Positions 1 through 9,799 of a DNA stretch of 55,072 nt are shown piece by piece. The DNA comes from Malacoraja senta (lineage: Eukaryota), in contig JAXLNO010000337.1 of NCBI GenBank assembly GCA_038087875.1, forward strand, positions 62,001 to 117,072. Direction: 5' to 3'. Below the pieces are notes generated by a model, which ran no database searches, was not told the DNA's origin, and saw only the letters and a program-made list of their open reading frames with translations. Position 1 is the stretch's first letter. Each line of letters starts with the position of its first letter. Position numbers and translations under genes: made by a program.

Positions 1-1350
1 TTTTTTTTTAAATTTGTATTTATTAGAAGTACATTACATCACAGCCACATACATTAATACTCGTCATTTATATCTTCTTACAATTAATGTACTCCCTTTA
101 TTTATTTTTTTACACTAGAGAAAGAAAAGATTGAAAGAGAGAAGAAAGTGAAGGAAAAAGTGCAAGTGTAGAAAAGTGTAGAAAATGTAACAACAAAAAA
201 GGACGAAGACCCTATGAGAGCGAAATTAAAAACAAAAAGAAAAAGAGTTAAGAAATAGGCCCTAAGAAAAGAAAAGAGAAAGAGAAAAAAAGAAAAACAA
301 ATGTTTTTTTTGAGCATCACGTAAATAGGACATACCAACTCTTCAACTATCATCCCCCCTTACCCGACCTCAATTTTTTTATTTTTTTAAAGTACTTTTG
401 CACCCTATGTTTGTAATAATTCTATAAATGCAGACCACGTCAGGTGGAAGTGATCTGGTTTACCTGCTAGGAGGAGTCTTATCTCTTCAAGGTGTAATGT
501 TTCAAACATATTTGAAATCCACATATTTATAGTTGGTATTGGAGCCTTCTTCCAAAATTTTAGAATTAGCTTTTTTCCAGTTATTAACCCATAATCCATT
601 AATTTCTTTTGAAACACATTTAGTTCTGGATCATCTTCCGTTATTCCGAAGATAATCCATTCTGCTTTGGGTATCAGTCTTGTTTTAAATAACTTTGTAA
701 AGATTTCAAAAATTTCATTCCAAAATTTTTGAATTTTTGTACAGAAGACAAATGAGTGCGCTATAGTTGCTTCTTGGGATTGACATTTATCACAAATAGA
801 TGATACGTTTGGGAAAATTTTATGAATTTTAGTTTTCGAATAATATAATCTATGTAAAATTTTAAATTGTATTAAAGTGTGTCTTACATTAATCGAGCAT
901 TTATGTACTTTTAATAAGTATTCATTCCAACTTTCCTTTGAAATTTTAATAGCTAACTCTTGTTCCCAGTCTCTTCTGATACCCTCCGTAGATGGTATTT
1001 GTACATTTAAGATAATATTGTACAAATATGATATTAAGTTTGCTGATTCCGCTTTTATCTGCATTGCCTCGTCCAGTACATCTGCTGGGTTATTATGATG
1101 ATCTTTTATATATTTTTTCAAATAGTCGCATATTTGAAAGTATTTAAAATATTGATTATTTCCGAGTTTATATTTTATTTGTAATTGTTGAAATGAAAGT
1201 AATTTTCCAGTTTCATACAAGTCACCAAGCGTTTTAATTCCTAGTCTATCCCATTGTGTATAAGCTTTATCTATAATAGAAGGACTAAACGAAGGGTTAT
1301 TGACTATAGGTAATAAAAGTGATAAGTTTCTTAATTTTAAATTTTGTTTA
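1..1350 (-). mobile_element. 5'-truncated L1-clade LINE (C-terminal part of ORF2, 3' UTR, poly(A))
   Basis: ORF 405-1220 stays open upstream to ~1350 (…NNPSFSPS…QWDRLGIKTLGDLY…). It contains QFKILHRLYY and the C-x2-C…H…C zinc knuckle (CDKCQSQEATIAHSFVFC) typical of fish L1 ORF2. Pyrimidine-rich 3' UTR, with poly(A) seen as poly(T) at 1-9. Confidence 0.88.
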
Positions 1351-1519
1351 AACGTGTGTTTTGTCCGTTAATATTTGCCTGATTAGATCTTAAATTGATA
1401 ATGAAAAAGTCATAACAATATTTTGGATTTCTTTGAGAATTTTGAGATAATTGATGCCCAGCATACTTCAAAGCCACCAACACTCCATCTAACTGTCACA
1501 ATCTAATCCCAAACTGAGA

Positions 1520-1622
1520 ATGGAGACACAAGGAAATGCAGATGCTGACGGAGCAAAACACAAGGTAGTATCTGTGGTGGGAACGAAGAGATGACGTTCC
1601 CAGTCGGGAGCTTCCTTCAAAT
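1520..1622. mobile_element. Degenerate fragment of the Penelope-derived hairpin element family
   Basis: acacaaggaaatgcagatgctg…gtatctgtgg…tgacgtt…ttccttca resembles the left arm of the 5958-6155 and 8373-8595 elements. Confidence 0.5.
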
Positions 1623-1648
1623 CCGCCTCACTTGCAAAGGCTAAAGTA

Positions 1649-2686
1649 GCAATGTTACAAAATTTTGAGATTTTAAAAATAAAGTCTGCAATTTATCCCA
1701 TCAGATAAAGCATAAAAAGAAGTTTAATTTGACACCTAATTCACTTTCATATCTTCAGTATTAAAGAAGTTATGGCCATTTTCATACTCGGATATTAGCA
1801 TCTTGTTCCCTATTGCTTTTCCATTGACTTAACACAAAAGCTGTGATCGAGGACAGTTAAAAGCCCATAACTTTCTTAAATATTAAGATAACTGAAAGAA
1901 ATTTTCAGTTATTATAGATTGAAGCATTCTGAAACAAATATTAAACAATCTTACTTAGAAGACATGAAAGTAAAGCATATAATTAGTTAGATATCTAATT
2001 GTAGCTAATTACAAAATTCAATTACTAGATCTAAACATCTATCAATTTCTTAAGAATAGATTAACATTTTTAAATAGCCTAAGTGTCCAAATAACATTCA
2101 CACAATAATTCACAATATAACATAATTTTTAAATCTCATTGTCATGAATTTACAGGCCAAATGGAAGGAATTGAATGTTTAATACCTGTAAATTAATGGG
2201 CATTTAAATCATTTTGTGAGTGAGGATTTCTGGAACGCGATCTTTTGGAACGTTGATTTGCGGTGAATTTAACCCCGTATTGGCATGAAAAAAACTGCCG
2301 TTAGTTCGGGGAATAAAATCACCGTGTCGCATGAAAAAATGTGAATTAAAGGCTTCTTAAGAAGCACTTTTATACATTTAAAGAAACCACTTTCGTTTAC
2401 CTGTCCCGTGTGTGAAATCCGTCCCCGTTATCGGCGTTGACGCTTCAGGAGCTGCTTTTAAAATTACTCCAGCGCTGACATTGGCGATTTAATAAAAATA
2501 AAAAATACACAAAATGCCACTAGGAACGATTCTTCAGCCAACGCTTGTACTCCAACAAAATATTAACCAGGACAAGGGAGGAGAAACCCGTGTTTTAACC
2601 CCGCCCCCCCTTAAAGGCGCCAAAATCGCGCACACGGCCAGTGGCAGAATTACAGCGCAACTGAAGGTAAGTTTTTGTAACATACC
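1649..2686. mobile_element. Non-autonomous DNA transposon (MITE-like, ~1.04 kb) with terminal inverted repeats (TIRs) and TA flanks
   Basis: ATGTTACAAAA at 1652-1662 is the reverse complement of TTTTGTAACAT at 2673-2683. TA dinucleotides flank the element at 1647-1648 and 2687-2688. Internal inverted motif (aagaagttatgg / ccataactttctt). No coding capacity. Confidence 0.65.
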
Positions 2687-2835
2687 TAGCTAAAGCTATG
2701 GGAGCTGACAACATCCAAGCAAAAATCTTTGCTTTGTAGGCTAATCCAATCAAACCAGAAGGAAGTGGTGGACACAACCACGGATACTGACTTTCCCAGC
2801 ATTGTAGAGATCTGCAGGAGGTGCTCCCACACGCA

Positions 2836-3615
2836 AAAACAGGAAGGCAGATTACTATCTAAATGGCGTCAAGTTGGGAAAAGGTGGAAGTACAACGGGA
2901 TCTGGGGGTCCTTGTTCATCAGTCTATGAAAGTAAGCATGCAGGTACAGCAGGCAGTGAAGAAAGCGAATGGCATGTTGGCCTATATAACAAGAGGAATC
3001 GAATATAGGAGCAGAGAGGTCCTTCTGCAGTTGTACAGAGCACTAGTGAGACCACACCTGGAGTATTGTGTGTAGTTTTGGTCCCTTAATTTGAGGAAGG
3101 ACGTTCTTGCTATAGAGGGAGTGCAGCATAGGTTTACAAGGTTAATTCCCGGGATGGCGGGACTGTCATATGCTGAGAGAATGGAGCAGCTGGGCTTGTA
3201 CACTCTGGTGTTGAGAAGGATGAGAGGGCATCTCATTGAAACATATAAGATTGTTAAGGGTTTGGACATGCTAGAGGCAGGAAACATGTTCCCGATGTTG
3301 GGGGAGTCCAGAACCAGGGGCCACAGTTTAAGAATAAGGAGTAAGCCATTTAGAACGGAGACGAGGAAACACTTTTTCTCACAGAGAGTGGTGAGTCTGT
3401 GGAATTCTCTGCCTCAGAGGGCAGTGGAGGCCAGTTCTCTGGATCCTTTCAAGAAAGAGCTAGATAGGGCTCTTAAAAATAGTGGAGTCAGGGTATATGG
3501 GAAGAAGGCATGAACGGGGTACTGATTGGGGATGATCAGCCATGATCACATTGAATGGCGGTGCTGGCTCGAAGGGCCGAATGGCCTACCCCTGCACCTA
3601 TTTTCTATTGTCTAT
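2836..3615 (+). mobile_element. 5'-truncated CR1-clade LINE (HER1-like): decayed RT C-terminus and 3' tail
   Basis: Broken ORFs QRDLGVLVH…AVKKANGMLAYI…LYRALVRPHLEYCV and …LEFRR/LVLRRMRGHLIETYKI…TRGHSLRI…FFSQRVVSLWNSLP are CR1 ORF2 hallmarks. Tail ggctcgaagggccgaatggcctac…ctattttctattg. Confidence 0.93.
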
Positions 3616-3616
3616 A

Positions 3617-5062
3617 AGATCAGGCTGCAACCAAAGAGGTTTTACCCTACCAAGAAGCAGGGGAACCCCCGCATCGATGTCCGCAACACGCCCCGTCCAG
3701 ATCTCGTGCAAGAGTTTGCAGAGGCTTTTGAGAGAGAACTTGGCACCTCGTGTCCTGGAGACTCTGCAACAGAGAAGTGGGAAATTCTGCTGGACACCAT
3801 GCCGTGGCTAGCTTTGGGAAGAAGACCTCGAAGACGCACGCCTGGTTTGAGGACAAGTCGACCGAGATGACTCCATCATCGAAGCCAAGCGCGCCGCCCT
3901 AGCCGAGTACAAGCGGTCAGCTAACGAGAAGAACCTGCAGATCCTCAGGGCTGCCAGGAGCAAGGTTCAGCAGACTGCCAGGCATTGCGCCAATGACTAC
4001 TGCACACAGCTTAGTGAGGACATCCACACGGCCGCCATAACAGGAAACATCAGGTGAATGTACAATGGCATTAAGAAGGCATTAGGACCAGTCCAGATGA
4101 AGACAGCCCCCCTCAAATCCTCCACTGGGGAAGTAATCACAGCAGATGGAGAGATGGGTGGAACACTACTCCGACTGCTACTCGAGAGAGAACACTGTCC
4201 CCCACAGCCCTTGATGCCATCGAGTGCCTGCCGACCATGGATGAGTTAGACGCAGAGACGACGGTAGAAGAGCTCAGCTAGGCCATTGACAGCCTGGCCC
4301 CAGGCAGCGACGGCATTCCCCCTGACCTGATCAAGCATTGCAAGACTACCTTACTGCTTCCTTTGTATGAAGTCCTCTGCCAGTGCTGGCAAGAAGGAGC
4401 TGTACCGCAGGACATGAGGGTTGCCACGATCATTACCCTGTACAAGAACCAGGGCAAGAGAAGCGATTGCAACAACTACAGAGGCATCTCCCTCCTCAAC
4501 ATCGTCGGCAAGGTCTTTGCTCGGGTCATCTTGATCCGCCTGCAGAAGCCGGCAGAACGTGTCTACCCAAAGTCACAGTGCGGTTTTCGAGCTGGAAGGT
4601 CAACAGTAGACATGGTCTTCTCCCTTCGCCAGCTCCAGGAGAAGTGCAGAGAACAGCGGATGCCCCTGTATGTTGCTTTCATTGACCTCACCAAGGCGTT
4701 CGACCACGTCAGCAGAGATGGCCTATTTAAGGCTCTGCCAAAGATCGGCTGCCTACCAAAACTGCAGAGCATGAGAGAATCCTTCCACATCAAAACGAAG
4801 GGGACAGTGCAGTTCAATGGCAGCTTCTCCGAGCCCTTCGACATCCGCAGTGGTGTCAAACAAGGCTGCGTCCTCGCTCCCACACTCTTTGGGATTTTCT
4901 TCGCTCTGCTCCTGAAACATGCCTCGGCACTGCAACAGAGGGGATCTACCTGCGTACTAGATCAGATGGCAGGCTCTTCAACCTCACCCGCCACAGATAA
5001 AGACAAAAGTACGTGAAGCTCTCATCAGAGACATGTTGTTTGCCGACGATGCTGCAGTTGTC
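3617..5062 (+). mobile_element. RTE-clade (BovB/RTE-1-like) LINE fragment, frameshifted RT domain
   Basis: ORF 4363-5016 carries QCWQEGAVPQDMR..IITLYKN.G.RSDCNNYRGISLL..GKVFARV…QCGFRAGRSTVDM.FSLRQLQEKCREQ..PLYVAFIDLTKAFD…GVKQGCVLAPTLF. The catalytic LFADD is encoded at ~5035-5050 in another frame. Several stops and frameshifts; GC-rich relative to flanks. Confidence 0.92.
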
Positions 5063-5135
5063 TATTGCCCAGAGTAGGGGGATCGAGGACCAGAGGACAT
5101 AGGTTCAAGGTGAAGGGGAAAAGATTTAATAGGAA
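5063..5135 (+). mobile_element. Short CR1 LINE fragment
   Basis: cccagagtaggggga…ccagaggacataggttcaaggtgaaggggaaaagatttaatagga encodes the TRGHRFKV.G.RF-type CR1 segment. Confidence 0.6.
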
Positions 5136-5171
5136 CACCACCAGCAGATTATCTACAAGTCACATACAATT

Positions 5172-5475
5172 AGAAACGTAGAAAATAGGTGCAGGTGTAG
5201 GCCATTCGGCCCATCAAGCCAGCACCGCCATTCAATATGATCATGGCTGAGCATCCAAAATCAGTACCCCATTCCTGCTTGCTCCCCATATTCCTTGATT
5301 CAGTTAGCCCAAAGAGCTATATCTAACACACTCTTGAAAACATCCAATGAATTGGCCTCCTCTGCCTTCTGTGGCAGAGATTCACAACTCTCTGGGTGAA
5401 AAGGTTTTTCCTCATCTCAGTCCTAAATGACCTGCCCCTTATTCTTAAACTGTGAGCCCTGGTTCTGGACTCCAC
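5172..5475 (-). mobile_element. CR1 LINE 3' end (antisense to the 2836 and 8787 copies)
   Basis: agaaaataggtgcagg…ggccattcggccc…ccgccattcaatatgatcatggctga…ttcttaaactgtgagccctggttctggactcc is the reverse complement of the CR1 tail seen at 3305-3610 and 9120-9425. Confidence 0.85.
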
Positions 5476-5487
5476 ACTGTATAACTC

Positions 5488-5800
5488 TATGACCTCTAGT
5501 CCTAGACTCTCCCACTAATGGAAACATCATCTCCATATCCACTCTATTCAAACCTTTCACTATCCGGTAAGTTTCAACGAGGTCCCCCTCATTGATGGGC
5601 CGAATGACCTAATTCTGCTCCTATAACTTATGAACCATCCTGAAGTTGGAAATGTATTGCTGGGCCAAATATATTGTTGTTGAGTCTACATCATGGAACT
5701 TCATTCCCAACACTACGGGAGTACTTTCACCAGAACAACTGCAACATTGCAAGATGATGATGCATCAGCACCTTGTCAAGGAATTTCAGGTACAGGCACA
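5488..5800. mobile_element. Cluster of old LINE fragments (CR1 pieces and tail, degenerate LINE 3' end)
   Basis: gacctctagtcctagactctcccact…gaggtccccctcatt (CR1 antisense; similar text at 7298-7370), then gatgggccgaatgacctaattctgctccta (CR1 tail), then a diverged tggaac…ccaacact…ccaga…ctgca…ccttgtcaagg segment. Confidence 0.5.
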
Positions 5801-5957
5801 AAATCATGGGTTTATAGCCAACATACAGATCTTGAAAATGAATATGTTTAAAAATAAACAAGATTCTGCTGAACAAAGAATATATCCATTGAATACTTTG
5901 TGATTGTCACTATGGAAAGCATTTTGGCCTTCATCTAATTAATCACTGTGAAGTAAA

Positions 5958-6155
5958 ATGTACACACAGGAACTGCAGATGCTAGAATCCTGCATAGAAC
6001 ACAAAATGCTGCAAGAATTCAGTGGCTCAGGCAGTATCTCTGGAGGACATGGATAGGTGACATTTTGAAAAGAACCTTACCCAGAAGGTCACCTATCCAT
6101 GTCCTTCATAGATGCTGCCTGGACCGCTGAGTAACTCCAGCACTTTGTATTCTAG
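5958..6155. mobile_element. Older, imperfect Penelope-derived hairpin element
   Basis: Arms gaacacaaaatgctg…tcaggcagtatctctggaggacatggataggtgac and gtcacctatccatgtccttcatagatgctgcctggaccgctgagtaactccagcactttgt are inverted repeats of the same family as 8373-8595. The central region is degenerate. Confidence 0.75.
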
Positions 6156-6376
6156 TCAGAGGCAAGACTAGCAGTTGGAAACAACAAGATATGTGAGGGG
6201 TTTTGACTCGGCACACATTACAAAAGCACAAGGATGCTGATGTGAATAGTGACAGCACACTTAACACCTACTGTTGCATAAGCAGTATTTTTACGGCACT
6301 CAAGCTACTGTACTGCTGCATCACTTCCATGGTGTCAGGTCATTTGGATTCCTTGAGAGAAGACTAATACACTCAC

Positions 6377-6551
6377 CTGAAAATAGTCACATTGATGATC
6401 CCGTGGCAGGGAGCAAGTGTAGAATTGCCTCCCTTTATTGTCACCCTCTTTTCTGACTACTCTCAGTTCACAGGGGCGACTGTGTTTTTTGCAGTGTGGA
6501 GTTTCAGGGCTTGCAGCCGGGCCTTTACCCTCATTCACATTATCAGAGCCC
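6377..6551 (-). CDS. NEIL3: NEIL3 internal coding exon (175 bp) with the first GRF zinc finger; equivalent to human exon 9
   Basis: Acceptor ttgtgtttgcAG|G at 6553-6552 and donor TTTCAG|GTGAGT at 6376-6375. Phase-2 start is compatible with the previous exon. Translation PHCKKHSRPCELRVVRKEGDNKGRQFYTCSLPRDHQCDYFQ is a zf-GRF (C-x2-H...GRxFYxC...C-x-F) typical of NEIL3. Confidence 0.95.
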
Positions 6552-6864
6552 CTGCAAACACAATAATATTTTTTACATCCATTCACTTGTTAATCAAAAC
6601 CACAAAATTAAGAATCTCTGGCCTTGTGCATTCACAATGCTCGCTGACAGCAGAACTGAAAGTAAGAAATATCACCAACCTGTGGCAAGAAATCTTTGGT
6701 TTACAAATCAGTCTGAAGTGACAGAGACTTTCACATTTATAGTGGTGGAAATGATAGTTAGACAGACAAATTAATTTGAAAACAAAATGGCAAGTACAGT
6801 CCCTTTGGAGCCTTAAATATGAATGAACTAAAGTAATAGAACAATCATGTCCTCAACCAATGTC

Positions 6865-6955
6865 ATAGAATATAGAATAGTACAGCATAGGAACAGGCCT
6901 GCCCACTCGGTGGGCCGAAGGGCCTGTTTCTACGCTGTATCTTTAAACTAAACCT
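6865..6955. repeat. Head-to-head SINE/CR1-type tails forming an imperfect hairpin
   Basis: tacagcataggaacaggcc versus ggcctgtttctacgctgta. The tail tgggccgaagggcctgtttc…ctgtatctttaaactaaac is typical of the HE1-type SINE 3' end. Confidence 0.55.
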
Positions 6956-7707
6956 TGAATCCCACTAATTGACAAGAAACTGACTTATAACATTTTCAAA
7001 AACCATCAACATTTCTTGCTCCATGAACGATAACTGTTTAGCATTAATTTCAACCTGCCAATCTTTACACCTTTCATTTCCCCATATTAAACAGCATCAG
7101 ATCTTTCGTTAGGTTATCCAGGTCAAAATGTTTTGATAACATATACCATCCCCAAAACAATGGTCAACTGACCCTGCATATACAAATTTGTATATATTAT
7201 CCAATGTTATCCATTTAATAGTTCTCCAATCTATCGTTGGCAACCTCTTGAGTTTAGGTTTATTATCAGCACATGTACTGAGGTACTGAAAAGCTTCCTC
7301 CCCACATCCACTCTATCCAAGCCTTTCACTATTCGGTCAATTTCAACGAGGTCCCCCCTCATTCTTCAAAACTGCAGATTTTATCATTATAAAAGAAAAA
7401 AATTGCTTGCTATTGACTTAAGTCATCAAGAGGTACACAGAGATCAACTAAGCAGTTTGCTGATTAAGCATAGTAAATTAATTTAAATTCCACTAGCAGT
7501 GAGAAATGGAGAATGTAATGATGCACCAGGCACGATATTACCTGGAACGTGGCGAGAGCAGTTATGAAAGGATGGGCAGAATTTCCCTAGAGAAAATTCA
7601 AAATGTTACATGTTTTCAAAGCAGTTAACTTAAATACAGATACTGCCAAGAGGTTTTCATGCACCTGAGGTTTAACTTTAAACAGTTAGGTAGACTTATT
7701 GGCATAC

Positions 7708-8134
7708 CTGAAGTCAGAAACTGCAGAATTTGTGTTGAAATGATGGTACTTCTTCAATCTTTTGGGAGGCTGACAAAATGAACGGTCGGTATAACTAGAT
7801 GACGTTGAATTGGCAGTCGCATGATTGGCAAATTTATTAAAACTACTTTTTATCTGATGGTTAGAATTCAACGTATTTGCAGTGCAATTCTCAACCACGG
7901 CTAGAAATGAAGGATTCCCATCTGGTGATAACGTGTTCCCTTTCACTTCATTTCCTGCAGAGGAACAGGACGCAGGACTCTTCTGGGAGCTCCTTAGTGA
8001 CGTCAGGACCAGTGTCGTCACACCAAACGCTGCTCTGCGATCGAGCTTCAATTCCACGAGGGGTTTACCAAAGTTGTTACATTGGTACTTTATGAGATTC
8101 ATATAAAAACCAAACTTCTGAGGTGATGCTGCCT
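7708..8134 (-). CDS. NEIL3: NEIL3 internal coding exon (427 bp), linker region; equivalent to human exon 8
   Basis: Acceptor tttttatttttAG|AG at 8136-8135 and donor TTCAG|GTATG at 7707-7706. Phase-1 start joins the previous exon in frame (A|AG=K) to ORF 7686-8102. Contains the NEIL3-conserved block L(I/M)KYxCNxFGKP..xKxxRxxAFGxTTLVLT and a PPKRLK basic (NLS-like) motif. Ends in phase 2. Confidence 0.93.
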
Positions 8135-8372
8135 CTAAAAATAAAAACAGTTAATATTACTCATCATAAATCATTTGCAGAATCACTAAAAAGAGAGGTA
8201 TTGTTGTTACATGAGATATTCAAGTTTAACATCGTAGGAATATTAAGCGATTCCGATTTGATCTGAAACTTAAATTTTCTTATGGAAGTGGAAAGGTATT
8301 TTTAACTGATTTACCCACTAAGCCATTGAACGAAATTCATTGTATACCTAAGCTCACTAAACTTTCAGCTTT

Positions 8373-8595
8373 AAAGGTACACAAAAATGCTGGAGAAACT
8401 CAGCGGGTGCAGCAGCATCTATGGAGCGAGGGAAACAGGTAACGTTTCGGGCCGAAACCCTTCTTCAGACTGAAGAAGGGTTTCGGCCCGAAACGTTACC
8501 TGTTTCCTTCGCTCCATAGATGCTGCTGCACCCGCTGAGTTTCTCCAGCATTTTTGTGTACCTTCGATTTTCCAGCATCTGCAGTTCTTTCTTTA
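8373..8595. mobile_element. Young palindromic Penelope-derived non-autonomous element with a 14-bp TSD and hammerhead-like cores
   Basis: Inverted arms 8374-8468 and 8470-8564 (95 bp, one mismatch) around A8469. AAACTTTCAGCTTT is directly repeated at 8359-8372 and 8596-8609. The arm end is shared with the Penelope 3' fragment at 10784-10975. Confidence 0.85.
8470..8497 (+). ncRNA. Minimal hammerhead-ribozyme-like motif (mirror copy on the minus strand at 8441-8468)
   Basis: CTGAAGA-(A)GGG-tttcgg-CCC-GAAA-CGTT matches CUGANGA / helix II / GAAA followed by a palindromic ACGU helix III, the minimal form described for Penelope-like elements. Helix I is not evident, so activity is unproven. Confidence 0.5.
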
Positions 8596-8609
8596 AAACT
8601 TTCAGCTTT

Positions 8610-8762
8610 GTTTAGATTAGTGATACAGCATGGAAACAGGCCCTTCAGCCCAAACCGACCTGGTCATACTAGTTCTGTTATCGCACTTGCTCATCCACTC
8701 CCTATACACTAGGGTCAATTTAAAGAGGGCAGATTAACCTGCAAACCTGCACTTCTTTGGGG
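8610..8762 (-). mobile_element. HE1-like (tRNA-derived, CR1-tailed) SINE, 3' portion
   Basis: gtttagattagtgatacagcatggaaacaggcccttcagccc…tatacactagggtcaattt…attaacctgcaaacctgcacttctttgg is the antisense body and tail of the common chondrichthyan SINE. It is truncated by the CR1 insertion. Family assigned by recognition. Confidence 0.65.
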
Positions 8763-8786
8763 TGGCCTTTATAACAAGGCCACCCC

Positions 8787-9425
8787 ACATGTTGGCCTTT
8801 ATAACAAGAGGAATCGAATATGGGAGCAAAGAGGTCCTTCTGCAGTTGTACGGAGCCCTAGTGAGATCACACCTGGATTATTGTGTGCAGTTTTGGTCCC
8901 CTAATATGAGGAAGGGCATCCTTGCTATTGAAGGAGTGCAGCGTAGGTTTACAAGGTTAATTCCCGGGATGGCGGGACTGTCATATGCTGAGAGAATGGA
9001 GCAGGTGGGCTTGTACACTCTGGAGTTTAGAAGGATGAGAGGGTATCTCATTGAAACATATAAGATTGTTATGGGCTTGGACACGCTAGAGGCAGGAAAC
9101 ATGTTCCCGATGTTGGGGGCGTCCAGAACCAGGGGCCACAGTTTAAGAAAAAGGAATAAGCATTTAGAACGGAGATGAGGAAACACTTTTTCTCACAGAG
9201 AGTGGTGAGTCTGTGGAATTCTCTGCCTCAGAGGGCGGTGGAGGCAGGTTCTCTGGGTGCTTTCAAGAGAGAGCTAGATGGGGCTCTTAAAAATAGCGAA
9301 GTCAGGGGATATGGGGAGAAGGCAGGATCGGGGTACTGATTGGGGATAATCAGCCATGATCACATTGAATGGCCGTGCTGGCTCGAAGGGCCGAATGGCC
9401 TATTCCTGCACCTATTGTCTATTGT
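8787..9425 (+). mobile_element. 5'-truncated CR1 LINE, same subfamily as 2836-3615
   Basis: ORF 8762-9178 (MLAFITRGIEY..KEVLLQLY.ALVR.HL.YCVQFWSP…LEFRRMRG.LIETYKI…TRGHSL) aligns nearly throughout with 2973-3610 and has the same 3' tail. Confidence 0.93.
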
Positions 9426-9562
9426 TGAACGTTACATTTGTAACAGTAATAAACCTCTTGAAAAAGCCATGGGACGTGAAGACATTAAATGAAATGTACA
9501 AGTTAAATCAATAATAAATAGGTATGACTAAAATAGGGTTGACCCATTATAAACGCACTTAC

Positions 9563-9732
9563 TGGCAGGCCTCTGTGTTAAACAGGCATCACATGATTTG
9601 GCTGCTGGTGCATTGATTAGAGTACAAAGCTGACACGTCCAATCTTCCACTTCTTGTTTGGCAATGGTATCAGTAGACTGACCTGGAGAGCCCTGTGCCC
9701 AAGTGACCAGGCTATTCCGTTGAGGAAAATTA
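9563..9732 (-). CDS. NEIL3: NEIL3 internal coding exon (170 bp) with RanBP2-type zinc finger; equivalent to human exon 7
   Basis: Minus-strand acceptor ttttgtttctaaacAG|T at 9734-9733 and donor GCCA|GTAAGT at 9562-9561. Translation NFPQRNSLVTW...EDWTCQLCTLINAPAAKSCDACLTQRPA contains W-x-C-x2-C-x3-N-x6-C-x2-C and closely matches the vertebrate NEIL3 motif WTCxxCTLINxPxxKxCDACLTxRP. Starts in phase 2, ends in phase 1. Exon numbering is from recollection of the human gene. Confidence 0.95.
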
Positions 9733-9799
9733 CTGTTTAGAAACAAAATTTGTTTAGGCTCAGCTTTGCATGTTATCCAATCTGATTAGATAATACTAG

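Noticed and set aside
102..353. Phe-rich hydrophobic ORF resembling a membrane peptide (also 12789-13007 and 22080-22298)
   Set aside because: These are translations of the T-rich L1 3' UTR on one strand or the other.
5646..5903. 85-aa plus-strand ORF
   Set aside because: Non-ATG start, overlaps a degenerate LINE end, and has no recognisable domain.
1..6376. Final NEIL3 exon (second GRF finger, expected to begin WAD…)
   Set aside because: No matching minus-strand sequence was found by eye. It presumably lies left of the window.
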